A stretch of DNA of 64,000 bases. It comes from Zygnema circumcarinatum SAG 698-1b. Lineage: Eukaryota > Plantae > Zygnematophyceae. The notes under the pieces are model-generated. The model was not told where the DNA came from. It made no database searches and saw only the letters and a program-made list of their open reading frames with translations. The stretch lies in NCBI GenBank assembly GCA_037447605.1, contig CM074818.1, positions 310,001 to 374,000 on the forward strand, read 5' to 3'. The number at the start of each line of letters is the position of its first letter. Within the stretch, counting starts at the first letter, position 1. Both the position numbers and the translations under genes were made by a program. This document shows, piece by piece, positions 1 to 10,817 of this stretch.

Positions 1-184
1 GAAGAGGTTATGTTCATGATCTAGTCATGATGCGGTTTTACAAAAACGCTAAACCGGTATTCTTGATTTTAAAGTTGCTATACTAAGCCAATTGGCACAT
101 AATGATGTTCAGTATACACTTGTTCAAAGATGAGATTGTTTGGAGCTTACGATGATAAAATCATGCTGTTGACAGTTATTTGAG

Positions 185-218
<34 letters not shown>

Positions 219-221
219 CAG

Positions 222-554
222 GCCCTGCAGCGCATCCGAAGCCTGGGCATCCTGGGCCTCGCTGCAATCACTGACCGCAACCTGGACGGAAACTTCTCGC
301 TAGACGACATGCAGACCTTTGCGAGCATTGCCGCTTCCTGCCTTCAAAAGGTTTCCGCGTATCGACCGGAAATGGCCGACGTTGCGAGTCAGCTGCGAAT
401 GCTCAAGGCAAAGGTGGACGGCATTCAAGTTCCCGTTCAACCACCCATTCAGCCTGAGGAGCACGTAGAAGTCACCATACCATCCGATTATTTCAGAAAC
501 CAGAGCAATACTACATCAATGGTGCAGGAGCAAAGTGTTGTGATTGCAAGGTAG
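222..554 (+). CDS. Receptor-like kinase, last exon (kinase C-lobe and C-tail); rest of gene lies upstream of the window
   Basis: CT-tract acceptor ...ctctccag at 221, then [58 protein letters not shown] (plant RLK/Pelle subdomain X-XI pattern), TAG at 552-554. Close paralog at 55516-55998(-). Confidence 0.9.
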   Translation, partial: ALQRIRSLGILGLAAITDRNLDGNFSLDDMQTFASIAASCLQKVSAYRPEMADVASQLRMLKAKVDGIQVPVQPPIQPEEHVEVTIPSDYFRNQSNTTSMVQEQSVVIAR

Positions 555-836
555 AAATTCACATTCTTGTTGTAGGATCAAACGTAGCTTCTCGGGGACC
601 CCTTGTCTCCCAGTGATTGTCACCATTTGTGTAGAGCCTCCCCAATTGCCTCTAATTTGGTGGATTAAGATTTTATTTCGTAACCATTATGGCCTTTGGC
701 CTTCAGAAGATACCATTTGGATTAGCGCTTGAAAATGGCGAAAAGGAAGTTGTTTACATATATATAGAAATTGTCAATGTGCAATAGTGGATGCTTGGAC
801 ACTAGGATCGTACTTTGTTGGTGGAATGTGCTCCTA

Positions 837-1423
837 CAGTAGGACCCCGTCATATTTTCCACCTACATTTGGCAAAAATCGGGCGAAAATATTGTATTTG
901 GCAAATATAAGGTCCGTGTTACCAATAGGCGAGCGGAATTATGTTAGAGTTCATGTGTGTCCGTACGTATCGTATCTCATCATATCGTATCGTTTTCTGT
1001 CATATCGCACCGCATCGTACCGTATCGTATCGTGGCTAACCGCATACAGTACATGAAGCACGCCTTAGCGTTTACTGAGGCAGCAAACCAAAAAGCTTCG
1101 ACCCCGTAACGGCTACTACAACTCGTACGGCTAGTACGGGTAGTACCGTATCGTGCCGTATCGTGTCGTATCGAAGCCAAAAAGAAGTGGAGAAGAGCGA
1201 GCGCCTCTTACGGCGGCACGTGCGGGGAGAATAGGTGAGTTTTGCGTAAGCCCGTGACGGCTAGTACAGCTAGTACGGTAAGTACGGTAAGTACGGTTGG
1301 TACGGTTAGTACAAATAGTACGAATAACACAAGTTACCGTACAAAAAGGTGGTTTCGGCAAAATCGGGGCGAATTTCTTGGGGACGCACTTTTGATGGTG
1401 GAAAATATGACGGGGTCCTACTG
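837..1423. mobile_element. Tc1/mariner (pogo-like) MITE, 587 bp
   Basis: Perfect 27-bp TIRs CAGTAGGACCCCGTCATATTTTCCACC (837-863) and its reverse complement (1397-1423), flanked by TA at 835-836 and 1424-1425. Internal CGTAT/GTACG repeats, no transposase ORF. Confidence 0.9.
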
Positions 1424-2057
1424 TAGTGGTATGGTCATAGGATTGCGACCTACGGTAGGTTGGCACGCGCGGAGTCGTACGGACAATGCGCGAATATGTT
1501 CAAGGCACGCGGAACGATTGGTCGCGCTGTGACGTGATGCTCGACGGACGAATTTGTTGGAGTCCTTCCCTCCCTCCCTCTTTCGTCCACTAAGCAATAA
1601 GCAATACAAAGCTGACCGCGCAGCCTATCGCTGCGCGCCACGTGACCAAAGTACACTTATCAGTTGTGAGTATTCTCCAGTGTTGGCGCGGCCTATCGCC
1701 ACACTCCACGTTTCCTACTCAGACGTCCCGCGTTCCCACTATGTTCGACGGAATCTGTCTGTCAGTTCAGGTAGCGACCGAATCTACTTAAGGACCGTCG
1801 ACAACGGCTAGCGACCGTACAGTGTACTACTGTACGCACGTCGAGCGGGCGTACGGACACGCTGGCGTACAAACAACGCGCGGGCGTACGGACGTCCAAC
1901 AACATTTTTTTCGGTCATAGAAAATCAATTTTGGGCCTCTTCTTTCGAAATCTTGTTATTCATTTTGGCGTTACTGTCCGCCATGCATTTTGGGTCGTCA
2001 TTTTTGGTCCTTGAGAGGCTGCGCGGTGTATAGCTTCCACAGATCGGACCATTAGAC

Positions 2058-2236
2058 AAACCAGTCGACTGGTTGGCAACCAGTGGTTGCGGACCGAAAC
2101 AACCATTCGACTGGTTGCCAACCAGTGCCGCCGGATCGAAACAACCATTCGACTGGTTTGGAACCAGTGGCGCAGGACTGAAACAACCATTCGACTGGTT
2201 CGGAACCAGTGATTCAATGGTTGGCAACCATTGAAT
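2058..2236. repeat. 42-bp-period palindromic tandem array A
   Basis: Unit GAAACAACCATTCGACTGGTTGCCAACCAGTG plus a ~10-bp variable linker; starts at 2096, 2138 and 2180; internal hairpin ACTGGTT-GCC-AACCAGT. Confidence 0.9.
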
Positions 2237-2467
2237 TTCTGAAATTATGCCTTTTTGCAAAAATGGGTCGTATGTGTTTTTTGGTGGGTTGCCAACCGTT
2301 GACAACTAGTGTAACAAGCCTGATGCGTACAGATGCGTAAGGATCCGTACAGACAAGTCGTACGATTGTACGGAGATTCTGTACGGCCGAACCGTAATAG
2401 TTTTCTCCGAAACGCCGACGGCATTTTGTTAGCTGTAGCGTTCAGTTTGCTACAACTAGTGATTTAA

Positions 2468-2707
2468 TGGTTGCCAACATTTGATTTAATGGATATAACC
2501 ATTCGACTGGTTGCCAACCAGTGCCGCCGGATCGAAACAACCATTCGACTGGTTGCCAACCAGTGGCATCCACTGGTTCCAAATCAGTCGACTGGTTGCC
2601 AACCAGTGGTTGCGGACCGAAACAACCATTCGACTGGTTGCCAACCAGTAGACGTCCAACCATTGCCATCCAATGGTTGTCTAATGGTTGCCGATCCACT
2701 GGTCCGA
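2468..2707. repeat. Palindromic tandem array B, same units as array A
   Basis: 2498-2555 repeats 2102-2159 and 2585-2648 repeats 2062-2127. The outer end TTGTCTAATGG...TGGTCCGA is inverted relative to TCGGACCATTAGACAA at 2044. Confidence 0.85.
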
Positions 2708-2747
2708 ACTGTGTAAAGCTTACAGGGCTGACGAAGGGCTTTAGGTC

Positions 2748-3404
2748 GGAGAATGATGGACGCTCCCCCTTTTTTGGATATCGTTTCCCCCTGATTTCTT
2801 TTTGAGAGACAAAAATATGTTAGTGCCTGCCCGAATCCGCTCGGAGCGGACGATCCGTCCGGCTCACACGTGCGAGTGCGCGCGTCCTTGACACTTGCGG
2901 TGAATCTCAGCCGTCTCTCTCCGACATCGCACCACGGCAACTGTTCGATCTGCAATCGTGCTCGGTCCCAGCGAATGGCACGCGCCCACCCGCCTCGGTA
3001 TGACGGTCAGACGGTAAGTTCGCGGATGGCACGCGGTGGCGCCTGGACGCGACCGTACGGATGTAAGTAACCGAAATGGTTTCGCACAAAAATCATAAGG
3101 TCGCAGCTTCGAGGAAAGTTGAAATACCGTATAAATATTAAGGGCCTAGACCAATCACAATTTGCTACGTCATACAAAGAACACGTGGCAGACGATGATT
3201 GGCTGCTAAATTTCCACAGGCTGGCCGGTCCAGCTCATAGTTTTCCGGAGATCTCGGGCCGAGAGACGCGCGCACTCGCACGTGCGAGCTGAACGGATCT
3301 TCCACTCCGAGCGGATTCGGGCAGGCACTAACATGTTTTTGCCTGTCAAAAAGAAATCAGGGAGAGAGGATATCCAAAAAAAGGGGGAGCGTCCATCATT
3401 CTCC
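2748..3404. mobile_element. Non-autonomous Mutator-like element (MULE), 657 bp
   Basis: ~140-bp imperfect TIRs (2748-2886 and 3265-3404, starting GGAGAATGATGGACGCTCCCCC); 9-bp TSD CTTTAGGTC (2739-2747) / CTTCAGGTC (3405-3413), one mismatch. Confidence 0.9.
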
Positions 3405-4649
3405 CTTCAGGTCTGAGTGAGTGTGTACACTGTACACTTTAGTCAGTGCAGGGCGGGGAGGTGACGTGACAATTACATGTCCCGTATTCGTAGCTAAGTT
3501 CAGTGCGCCCTTCCTGTTCAGTTGGTCAACCTCCATGTGAATCATTTTTCACGACGTCGTTCCGTTCCAGTTTTAACTGAGCGCACATGAAAACTCGGAA
3601 GTCCCGAAGACTTAAATGGCCCTCATGGCGGTTATAACTAACCTCTGCCGGCCAGGCTGTACTTGACTTAAACGACAATTTTTTTGTACGGATAGTTAGC
3701 CTCTGTTTCGACAGGACGAATTTCGCAGACTCCCGTACATCTAGTTTGGCGGAGCGAGCGAGACGGCGTTCACAAAACGACGAAACAAATCGCAACGGGA
3801 TGAGTTGATGACGCAACCAGTTGGAATTTTATGTCGTCACTAAACTTGGCCGGCAGCGGTCTACTCGTTCGGTTGTCCTGGAGGCCCCGCAAATCTCTCG
3901 AGGCGGATTGCACACCGGACGGTCAAGAATGGGGAGAGGGCTAATCCAACGGTCAACAGCGCCCCACGTGAGACATTGCATTCTATTTTTTGTGGGCGGC
4001 AGTTTAATGAGTTTTCCTGATGGTGACGTAATGGATCCTCATTTCCCGGAAATATCGTGCGGGGAATTCCTTTGTCGTCTTCCCGACAAGTCACTAAAGC
4101 CCTCCGACCACAGCCAATCAGTGAGCTCGATTGACTTAAGAATGGCATGACTCCCGTTGACTGCCAAATTCCGTGCGTCCGTCAGCTGGTAGACCGGGCG
4201 GGCTTCCTTGTCGTGATGCGCTATGTTGGGACCCCCGCAAGCCAAAGAGGAGGCTGCCGCCCTGTACGGCGGTCCCCCCCCCTCCAATCACATCTACCAT
4301 CATCAAATTTCAATTAGTAGTTTGAATTTGTTGGCCAACGCTTTAGTTCACAGCTCGCGTTGGCTCGCGGCCTCCTCTTGAGATGTCCGTGCCCTATGAA
4401 ATAACGTCGGTGGAAGCATCCTGATGGTACATCATGTCGGTGTATCGACACGGCCGCCGCCGGAGTCGTCGGCGACGACGGCGGCGACGGCCCGTTCAAC
4501 ACTATGAAGAAAGGTACCGTTTGTAGAGTACTAAATTCGATAAGCCATTCTTTGGAGGAATGTCGGTCACATCCCACCCGTCCCGAGTCAACTCGTCAAC
4601 ATCCCTGTCACAAGCCATGGCGGAGGAAGGCGCCCGCCTGTAAAGCAAT

Positions 4650-5960
4650 CCCTTCCCCTTCCCTCCCCTCCCCCCCCATCCCATCCCCTCATCTCCAGCC
4701 CCTCCCCTCCCCTCCCCTCCACTCCCCTGCCCTCCCTCCTCCCCTTCCCTCCCCTCCCCTCCCTCCCCTCCCTTCCCTCCCCTCCCCTCCGTCCCTCCCT
4801 GGCCCTCCAATCCCCTCCCTACCCTCCCTCCCCTCCCTCCTCCCCTCCCTCCCCTCCCTCCCCTCACCTCCCCTCCCCTCCCCTCACCTCCACTCCCAAC
4901 CACTCTCCTCCCGTCCCCTCCCCTCCCCTCCCCTCCCCTCCCCTCACCTCCCCTTCCTCCCCCTCCTCCCTCCCCTCCCTCCCTCCCCTCCCCTCCCCTC
5001 CCCTCCCTCCTCCCTCCCCTCCCCTCCCTCCCTCCCCTCCCCCTCCCCTCCCTCCCTCCTTCCCTCCCCTCCCTCCCTCCCCTCCCCTCCCCCTCCCCTC
5101 CCCTCCCTCCCCTCCCTCCCCTCCCTCCCCTCCCCTCCCTCCCCTCCCTCCCTCCCCTCCCCTCCCCTCCTCCCTCCCCTCCCCTCCTCCCCTGCCTCCC
5201 TCCCTCCCCTCCTCCCCTCCCTCCCCTACCCTCCCTCCCCTCCCCTCCCCTCCCTCCCCTCCCTCCCCTCCCCTCCCCTCCCCTCCCTCCCCTCCTCCCT
5301 CCTCCTCCTCCCCTCCCCTCCCTCCTCCCCTCCCTCCCTCCCTCCCTCCGCCTCCCTCCCCTCCCTCCCCTCCCCTCCCCTCCCCTCCCCTCCCCCCTCC
5401 CCTCCCCTCCCCTCCCCTCCCCTCCCCTCCTCCCCTCCCCTCCCCTCCCCTCCCCTCCCCTCCCCTCCCCTCCTCCCTCCCCTCCCCTCCTCCCCTCCCT
5501 CCCTCCCCTCCCTCCCCTCCCTCCTCCCCTCCCTCTCCCCTCCCCCTCCCCTCCCCTCCCCTCCCCTCCCCTCCCTCCCCTCCCCTCCCTCCCCTCCTCC
5601 CCTCCCCTCCCCTCCCCTCCCCTCCCCTCCCCTCCCTCCCTCCCCTCCCCTCCCCTCCCCTCCCCTCCCCTCCCCTCCCCTCCCCTCCCCTCCCTCCCTC
5701 CCCTCCCCTCCGCGCCCCCTCCTCGCCTCTGGCGCCCGCGCCCGCGTCCCCTCCCCTCCCGATGCACTCCTCCCCTCCCTCCCCTCCCTCCTCCCTCCCC
5801 TCCCCTCCCTCCCTCACCCCCCCCTCCTCGCCTCTGGCCGCCCCCGCGCTCCTCCCCTCCCCTCCCCTCCTCCTCTCCCCTCCCCTCCCTCCTTCCCTCC
5901 CCTCCTCCCTCCCCTCCCTCCCCTCCCGCCCCCTCCTCGCCTCTGGCCGCCCCCGCGTCC
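4650..5960. repeat. Polypyrimidine/polypurine low-complexity tract (CTCCC/CCCT)n
   Basis: About 1.1 kb almost exclusively C/T on +, followed by three copies of CCTCCTCGCCTCTGGC; ends about 35 bp before the LRR gene ATG. Confidence 0.95.
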
Positions 5961-5995
5961 CCTCCCCTCCTGTCGCTAGAAGGCGCTTGGTCGCA

Positions 5996-7229
5996 ATGGC
6001 GCACGCGCGGTCTCTCTCTCTCGCGGTGGCGGTCCTCCTCTTTGCCGCCGCCACCACCCCGCGCGAAGCTGCCGCTGTGGACATCGACCCGCAAGACAGT
6101 GAGCCGCCACGGCCCGCCCGCCCTCTATGGAAGGAGAGAGGTGGACTGCCCGCGTCGTGGCCTCTGTCTGTGCTTTTTGAAGCGCACCGTGTCCTCACTA
6201 CAATCCTGCATTTGCTCGCGCTTGGGCGCAGGGGACGCTCTTCTCGCTGTCAAAGCGGCACTCAACAACACACAAAAGCTTACCAACTGGGTAGCGAGTA
6301 ACCTCGACTGCAGCACCTGGAGTGGGGTCTCATGCGACGCAAGCGGGCGCGTTGTTAATCTGTGAGCTACATTTTGACTGAACACCGCTTGTGGTTTTGG
6401 AGGGCTCCGCGGATTCTATAGCTGCTGAACTGCAGCCCGAGGCTGCGAGGAGGGCTCTGCGGGAAGAAGCCCCCTCCTCAGATAGCGGCTAAAAAGGTCC
6501 GCCCGGAGGAGTCTTCTACAGCCCGCGGCCCTTTCTTCTTCTGACGCTTTCACTGCTAACCTGTCTTATGCAGAGATATAGGGTCTTACGGCGTTGGAGG
6601 AAGCATTTCACCTGCTATCGGTAACCTGACAGAGCTGATATATTCGTGAGTGGCTCCACTTCATAAGGATGCGTTCCATGCGTGTTTGCGCGTTCACATT
6701 AATGGGGAGTGCTCAGATATTGGGACGTGCTAAATTAGTAGAAGCACTTTACCACTAAGCGGCCTCGCTACGTGCAATGCGTGGTCACGTCCTGGCTCGG
6801 CTGCTTGTGCACACGCTTAAAGTTCAATATGTCACGTCACATTTACGTGGTGTATTGCAGTTGCTTAACTCCGTTCCGAGCATTCACTTGCGCATTCTTT
6901 CGACATGAGTTTTGCATTTTGCTGGAAATATCGGCCAGACTCGTGAAGCCCTTTTTCTTTATTTTTGGCAGATGGTTGTATGCTAATTCCTTTACGGGAT
7001 CTCTCCCGGATACTATCGGCAACCTTGCGAATCTGAAAATATTGTAAGTACCCATAAATCTGAAGCGTAGAGATAGAAATGCCAGACAGAGGAATGCCAG
7101 TGAGAGAAATGTTAGCTGTGGCAGCATGTTTATTAAGTACCTATTTCTTTTATTTTTGGCAGAGGCTTGACTGGTAATTCCCTAAATGGTTCTATCAGTT
7201 CTCGGCAGCCTTGCGAGATCTGCAAAATT
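5996..7229 (+). CDS. LRR receptor-like protein/kinase, 5' part (signal peptide, LRRNT, LRR exons), truncated by gap
   Basis: Exons ~5996-6098, 6232-6361, 6574-6645, 6972-7043, 7163-7229. Signal peptide [19 protein letters not shown]; [15 protein letters not shown]...W...[10 protein letters not shown]...RVVNL; 72-bp phase-2 LRR exons ([15 protein letters not shown]; [20 protein letters not shown]). Confidence 0.9.
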
Positions 7230-7329
7230 NNNNNNNNNNNNNNNNNNNNNNNNNNNNNNNNNNNNNNNNNNNNNNNNNNNNNNNNNNNNNNNNNNNNNNN
7301 NNNNNNNNNNNNNNNNNNNNNNNNNNNNN
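7230..7329. other. Assembly gap (100 N); second 100-N gap at 17169-17268; 10-N gaps at 18714, 27885, 32165, 50771, 53882, 56337, 61165, 62907
   Basis: Runs of N in the sequence. Confidence 1.
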
Positions 7330-7813
7330 AGGGGAGGGAGGGGGAGGGGAGGGAGGGGAGGGCACGGGAGTGGAGTGGCTGCACGGAGGGCGGGAAAGAA
7401 ATATTCAAAACAGGGGGGCGATCTCCTCCCGAAATATCCAAATGGGGGAGGGGGTCAGAAATAGCCGAAATGGGAGGGTCGGATTTCAAAAAAACAGTGG
7501 CGGGATAACCAAAAAAGGGGGGGCGGTATATAATTCTCCTTCTCCTATATTTCAAACATGCGCTCTTTTGCGAACTTTTCCCTCCCTCCCTCCCTCCCTC
7601 CCTCCTCTCCTCTCCCTCCCTCCCTCCTCTCCTCTCCCTCCCTCCTCTCCCCTCCCCTCTCCCCCCTCTTCCCTCTTGAAGTATGGTCTGGGAAGCTGGC
7701 TCCTGCGTTGAAGATTTGTACTCTCTACTGTAAGCTCCACATGCGCAAAGGCTTAGTCGAGTTTTTCTTTTTTTAGGAACTTTCTATTCTCTGTTTATCC
7801 TGTCTTTCCATTA

Positions 7814-7946
7814 GGGAGTGTCAGACTTAACGAAATCTTACAAACAAAAAAGTTTTGTAAGTACTCCGCCGCACCAGGATTGCGATGTCACCGAAGTACT
7901 CGTTCTGGTCTCAAACTTACGAACAATTTCTAAGTCTGACAACCCC
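7814..7946. mobile_element. Small putative MITE (133 bp)
   Basis: 16-bp TIR GGGAGTGTCAGACTTA versus reverse complement of TAAGTCTGACAACCCC (2 mismatches), TA on both flanks. Confidence 0.55.
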
Positions 7947-8802
7947 TATTGAAATGCATTATGTTTGATCGTGAATGTGCAGCTTTATGATGATGTAATG
8001 GTTGGTTTGCTTTGCTTTGCTTTCTCACTCTCTCTCTCTCTCTCTCTATCTCTCTTTGCTTTGCTTTGCTCTCTCTCCGAATCTGTTTACGAACGTTGCG
8101 CTGATGTGTGATTGGAGAAATAGGGTACGGGATACCCAAAACAGGGAGAGCGGATAGCCAAAATGGACGTGCAAAATTCCCGATAAGGGGGGTGGGATAT
8201 TCAAAGAGGGGGGGGGGGGGGGGTCTTTCATTCTCCTAAGTAAATATAAAGACATAAACAAGGACAGAGATATGCACATCACAGCACAGTAAGGGCACAT
8301 CACAATGCAGAGCGGCGCATCACAGTACAACACGTGAAGGGCGAACCTAGAAGCAGATCAGGTACACAAACACGGCATCCAGAAATTTCATACGAGCCCA
8401 AACTTTTCCGTATTCCATAAGACTTCACAAATAGATAGGACCCGCCTAAAAAGGGCCGATTTTTTCTAAGGACAGCTGCTGCTGGCTTTGTGGAAATGTA
8501 CACCGAAGGCTTGCTCTCTCCCACTACTTCCCGTCAGCCATGTCCCTTGCCATGGCGGACAGAGCTACCTATACACCTACTGCTGTCTCCATAAGGCTGC
8601 CGTCAAAATGGTAGTAATGGTCAAATAATTTACTGTCCAATGTACTGCACACATCCCAAACCACATTCTCAATGTTAAGACGGACCAGTACAGTGGCTTA
8701 CTCATGCATAAGCAGGGCAGGGCCAAAAAAGACCCTATCCAATGGCACCAGAACAGAGAACACATACAAATACTTAGATAAATATAAGACAGATGGAGAT
8801 TA

Positions 8803-10817
8803 TCAAATGACCTGGAAGATGGTCTGGTGGCCGGGGTCAGACAGGTGGGCGAAGAGGTTATCGAAAGGCCGGGCGTTGGTGTAGACAGCCTGGAAATAAG
8901 CGCCAAGGACTGCGAGCATGGCCAATCGTCCATTGGCGATCTCCTTCGCCCTGAAGGTTCGGACCTTGCTGGCGTCACCTGCATTGTCAAAAAATCGAAA
9001 ACAAATATCAGATAAATACATCACGCTGTTTCATAGAGGAAAGAAAGTGCAAGAAACAAAGGAAAATTTGTACTGTTATCCCTCACCTGATCCAAAGCCG
9101 AGGGGATCGAACCAGAATCCTCCGGGGTAACCGACATCAGTTCCTGTCAACTTGTTGTTGGGGAAGATGGGGTCGGTGCTGCGAAGGATCGACAGTCATA
9201 ACAATACATATGTTTAGCTCATGCCTCATTCACGCCTTCACCATATGTTTCCACAAGCTCATACATACTTACGTTAGATGTTTCCCATACTGTAGAAAAG
9301 AGCAACGAGCCTACTTCACTCAAACAGACGACATAAGATGTTTTCCACTGTAGGGAACAGAAATGCGCTTACTTCACTGATCCGGGCTTCACGATGTCGG
9401 CCCAACGACGGCCCTCTGCCCATCCCATGAAGAGAAGCTCCACAGCGAACAAGGTGGTGGGATCAGCGAAGTACTCGGCATCTCCGGCAGTGAACCAGAA
9501 AGGAGTGTTGAGGATGCCGATCTTGGTGAGGAGCTCAGGGATGAAGATTCCGGCGGCTCCAAGCATAGCCCAGCGACAGTGCTGGAGCTCAGCCTGCACG
9601 AACCACTTGAGAAGCTCGGGGTCGGATCCTGCAACAGGCCAAACCAGGCAGAAAACGACACTTTTAAGCAAAATACACTTCGCATATATATTCGAAAGAA
9701 AGCTGTCATAATATTCAAGAACGAATAAAGCTAAAGAAAAAAAGGAGATGCTTTGACATGGGGCTCACCGAGGCCAAGTGGGTCAAAGCCATAGTCTCCG
9801 GCGAGGCTGCAATTCCAAGAAAAAGCAAAATCAATAAAAATGCAGGTATCAAAAAGACAACAGAAAGAACTCAGCTGCAAATTGCTGCCGTCGGACAAGC
9901 CACTCATTTATATAACATATTGGGTCAGGAAAAAAAAAGTAACATACCTGCCATCAAGCCACTCGGGGGCGGTGCTGCCTGGGAACCAGAGAGGCCTCTC
10001 GGCAGATTCAGCGGTGATTGCTGAGACATTCTTCTGCGCGACGGCTGCCTTCGCTTGGCGGAGGGCGCGTCCAGCCACAAAGGCCGCCTTCACAGTAGCG
10101 ACATTGGCTGCTGCCTTCTGGGAGCTGCCATTGCCAGAATTCCCATCAAGCCATCTCTAAATCAATACGACGACTTGAAGTGATTTATTCAGGTAGAAGA
10201 CATCTGATTCTGAGTACATTCACTTGCAGAGAAATTAGACTTCTTTACAGACAGCAATCTTGAACCACTGCTTTTAACACTGCTCCAAACTTTCTTCCGC
10301 TATCACGTCTCCATCCGTTCCCTTGTCCTTTCTACTACGGACGCATTAAGGAGTGTAACAGAGAGGTAGGCAGATCTAAGGGCCTGCTATGCCTAATCCC
10401 GCAGATCACCAAACTGATCAACCTTTTGCTTCCGTAGCGCCTACAAGCCCTAGCACCTTAATCTTTCAAATGGCACCTCCTCACAATCGTCTTCCACACT
10501 TTCCTTCCCACCTTCCCTCCCTCATCCCCTCGTTCCCACCCTTTCATTCTCCATCCGACCATCCCTTCCTCCGTCCCCTACTCCTCTCCCACTACCTCCC
10601 TCGCTTTCCTGCTCACCCCCTCTCCCTTCCCTACCTCCCTCCATCTTCCCTCCCAGAATCTCACCCTCCCTTCCTCACTATCTCCCTCCACCTATCACTC
10701 TCAATATCCCTCCCTCCGTCTCCCCCTCCCTCCCCCCTTCCCTCCTTCCCTCCCTCACCTCTGAGCAGCCAAAGAGGCAGAGACGGCCACGGCCTGTGCA
10801 GCAGTGATGGCAGCCAT
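8803..10817 (-). CDS. LHCA2: Photosystem I light-harvesting chlorophyll a/b protein, Lhca2 type
   Basis: Exons ~10817-10759, 10124-9948, 9806-9769, 9628-9373, 9178-9087, 8978-8803. [31 protein letters not shown]; [36 protein letters not shown]; [19 protein letters not shown]; [11 protein letters not shown]. The 3' end may instead use an exon at 8568-8524. Confidence 0.92.

Noticed and set aside
2058-2707. CRISPR array interpretation of the 42-bp repeats
   Set aside because: The linkers are only ~10 bp and re-used between arms, there are no cas genes, and the context is eukaryotic nuclear DNA.
4499-4515. CACTATGAAGAAA as a CACTA left end
   Set aside because: No matching right end was found before the gap at 7230.
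4502-6198. Long G/R/E-rich and P/L/S-rich ORFs (530, 491, 444 aa)
   Set aside because: They are open only because the C/T tract cannot encode stops; no sign of coding selection. The same applies to most ORF-track entries over GA/CT introns.
7163-7229. Apparent frameshifts in the fifth LRR exon (pseudogene?)
   Set aside because: They lie in the last ~40 bp before a 100-N gap, where base errors are likely.
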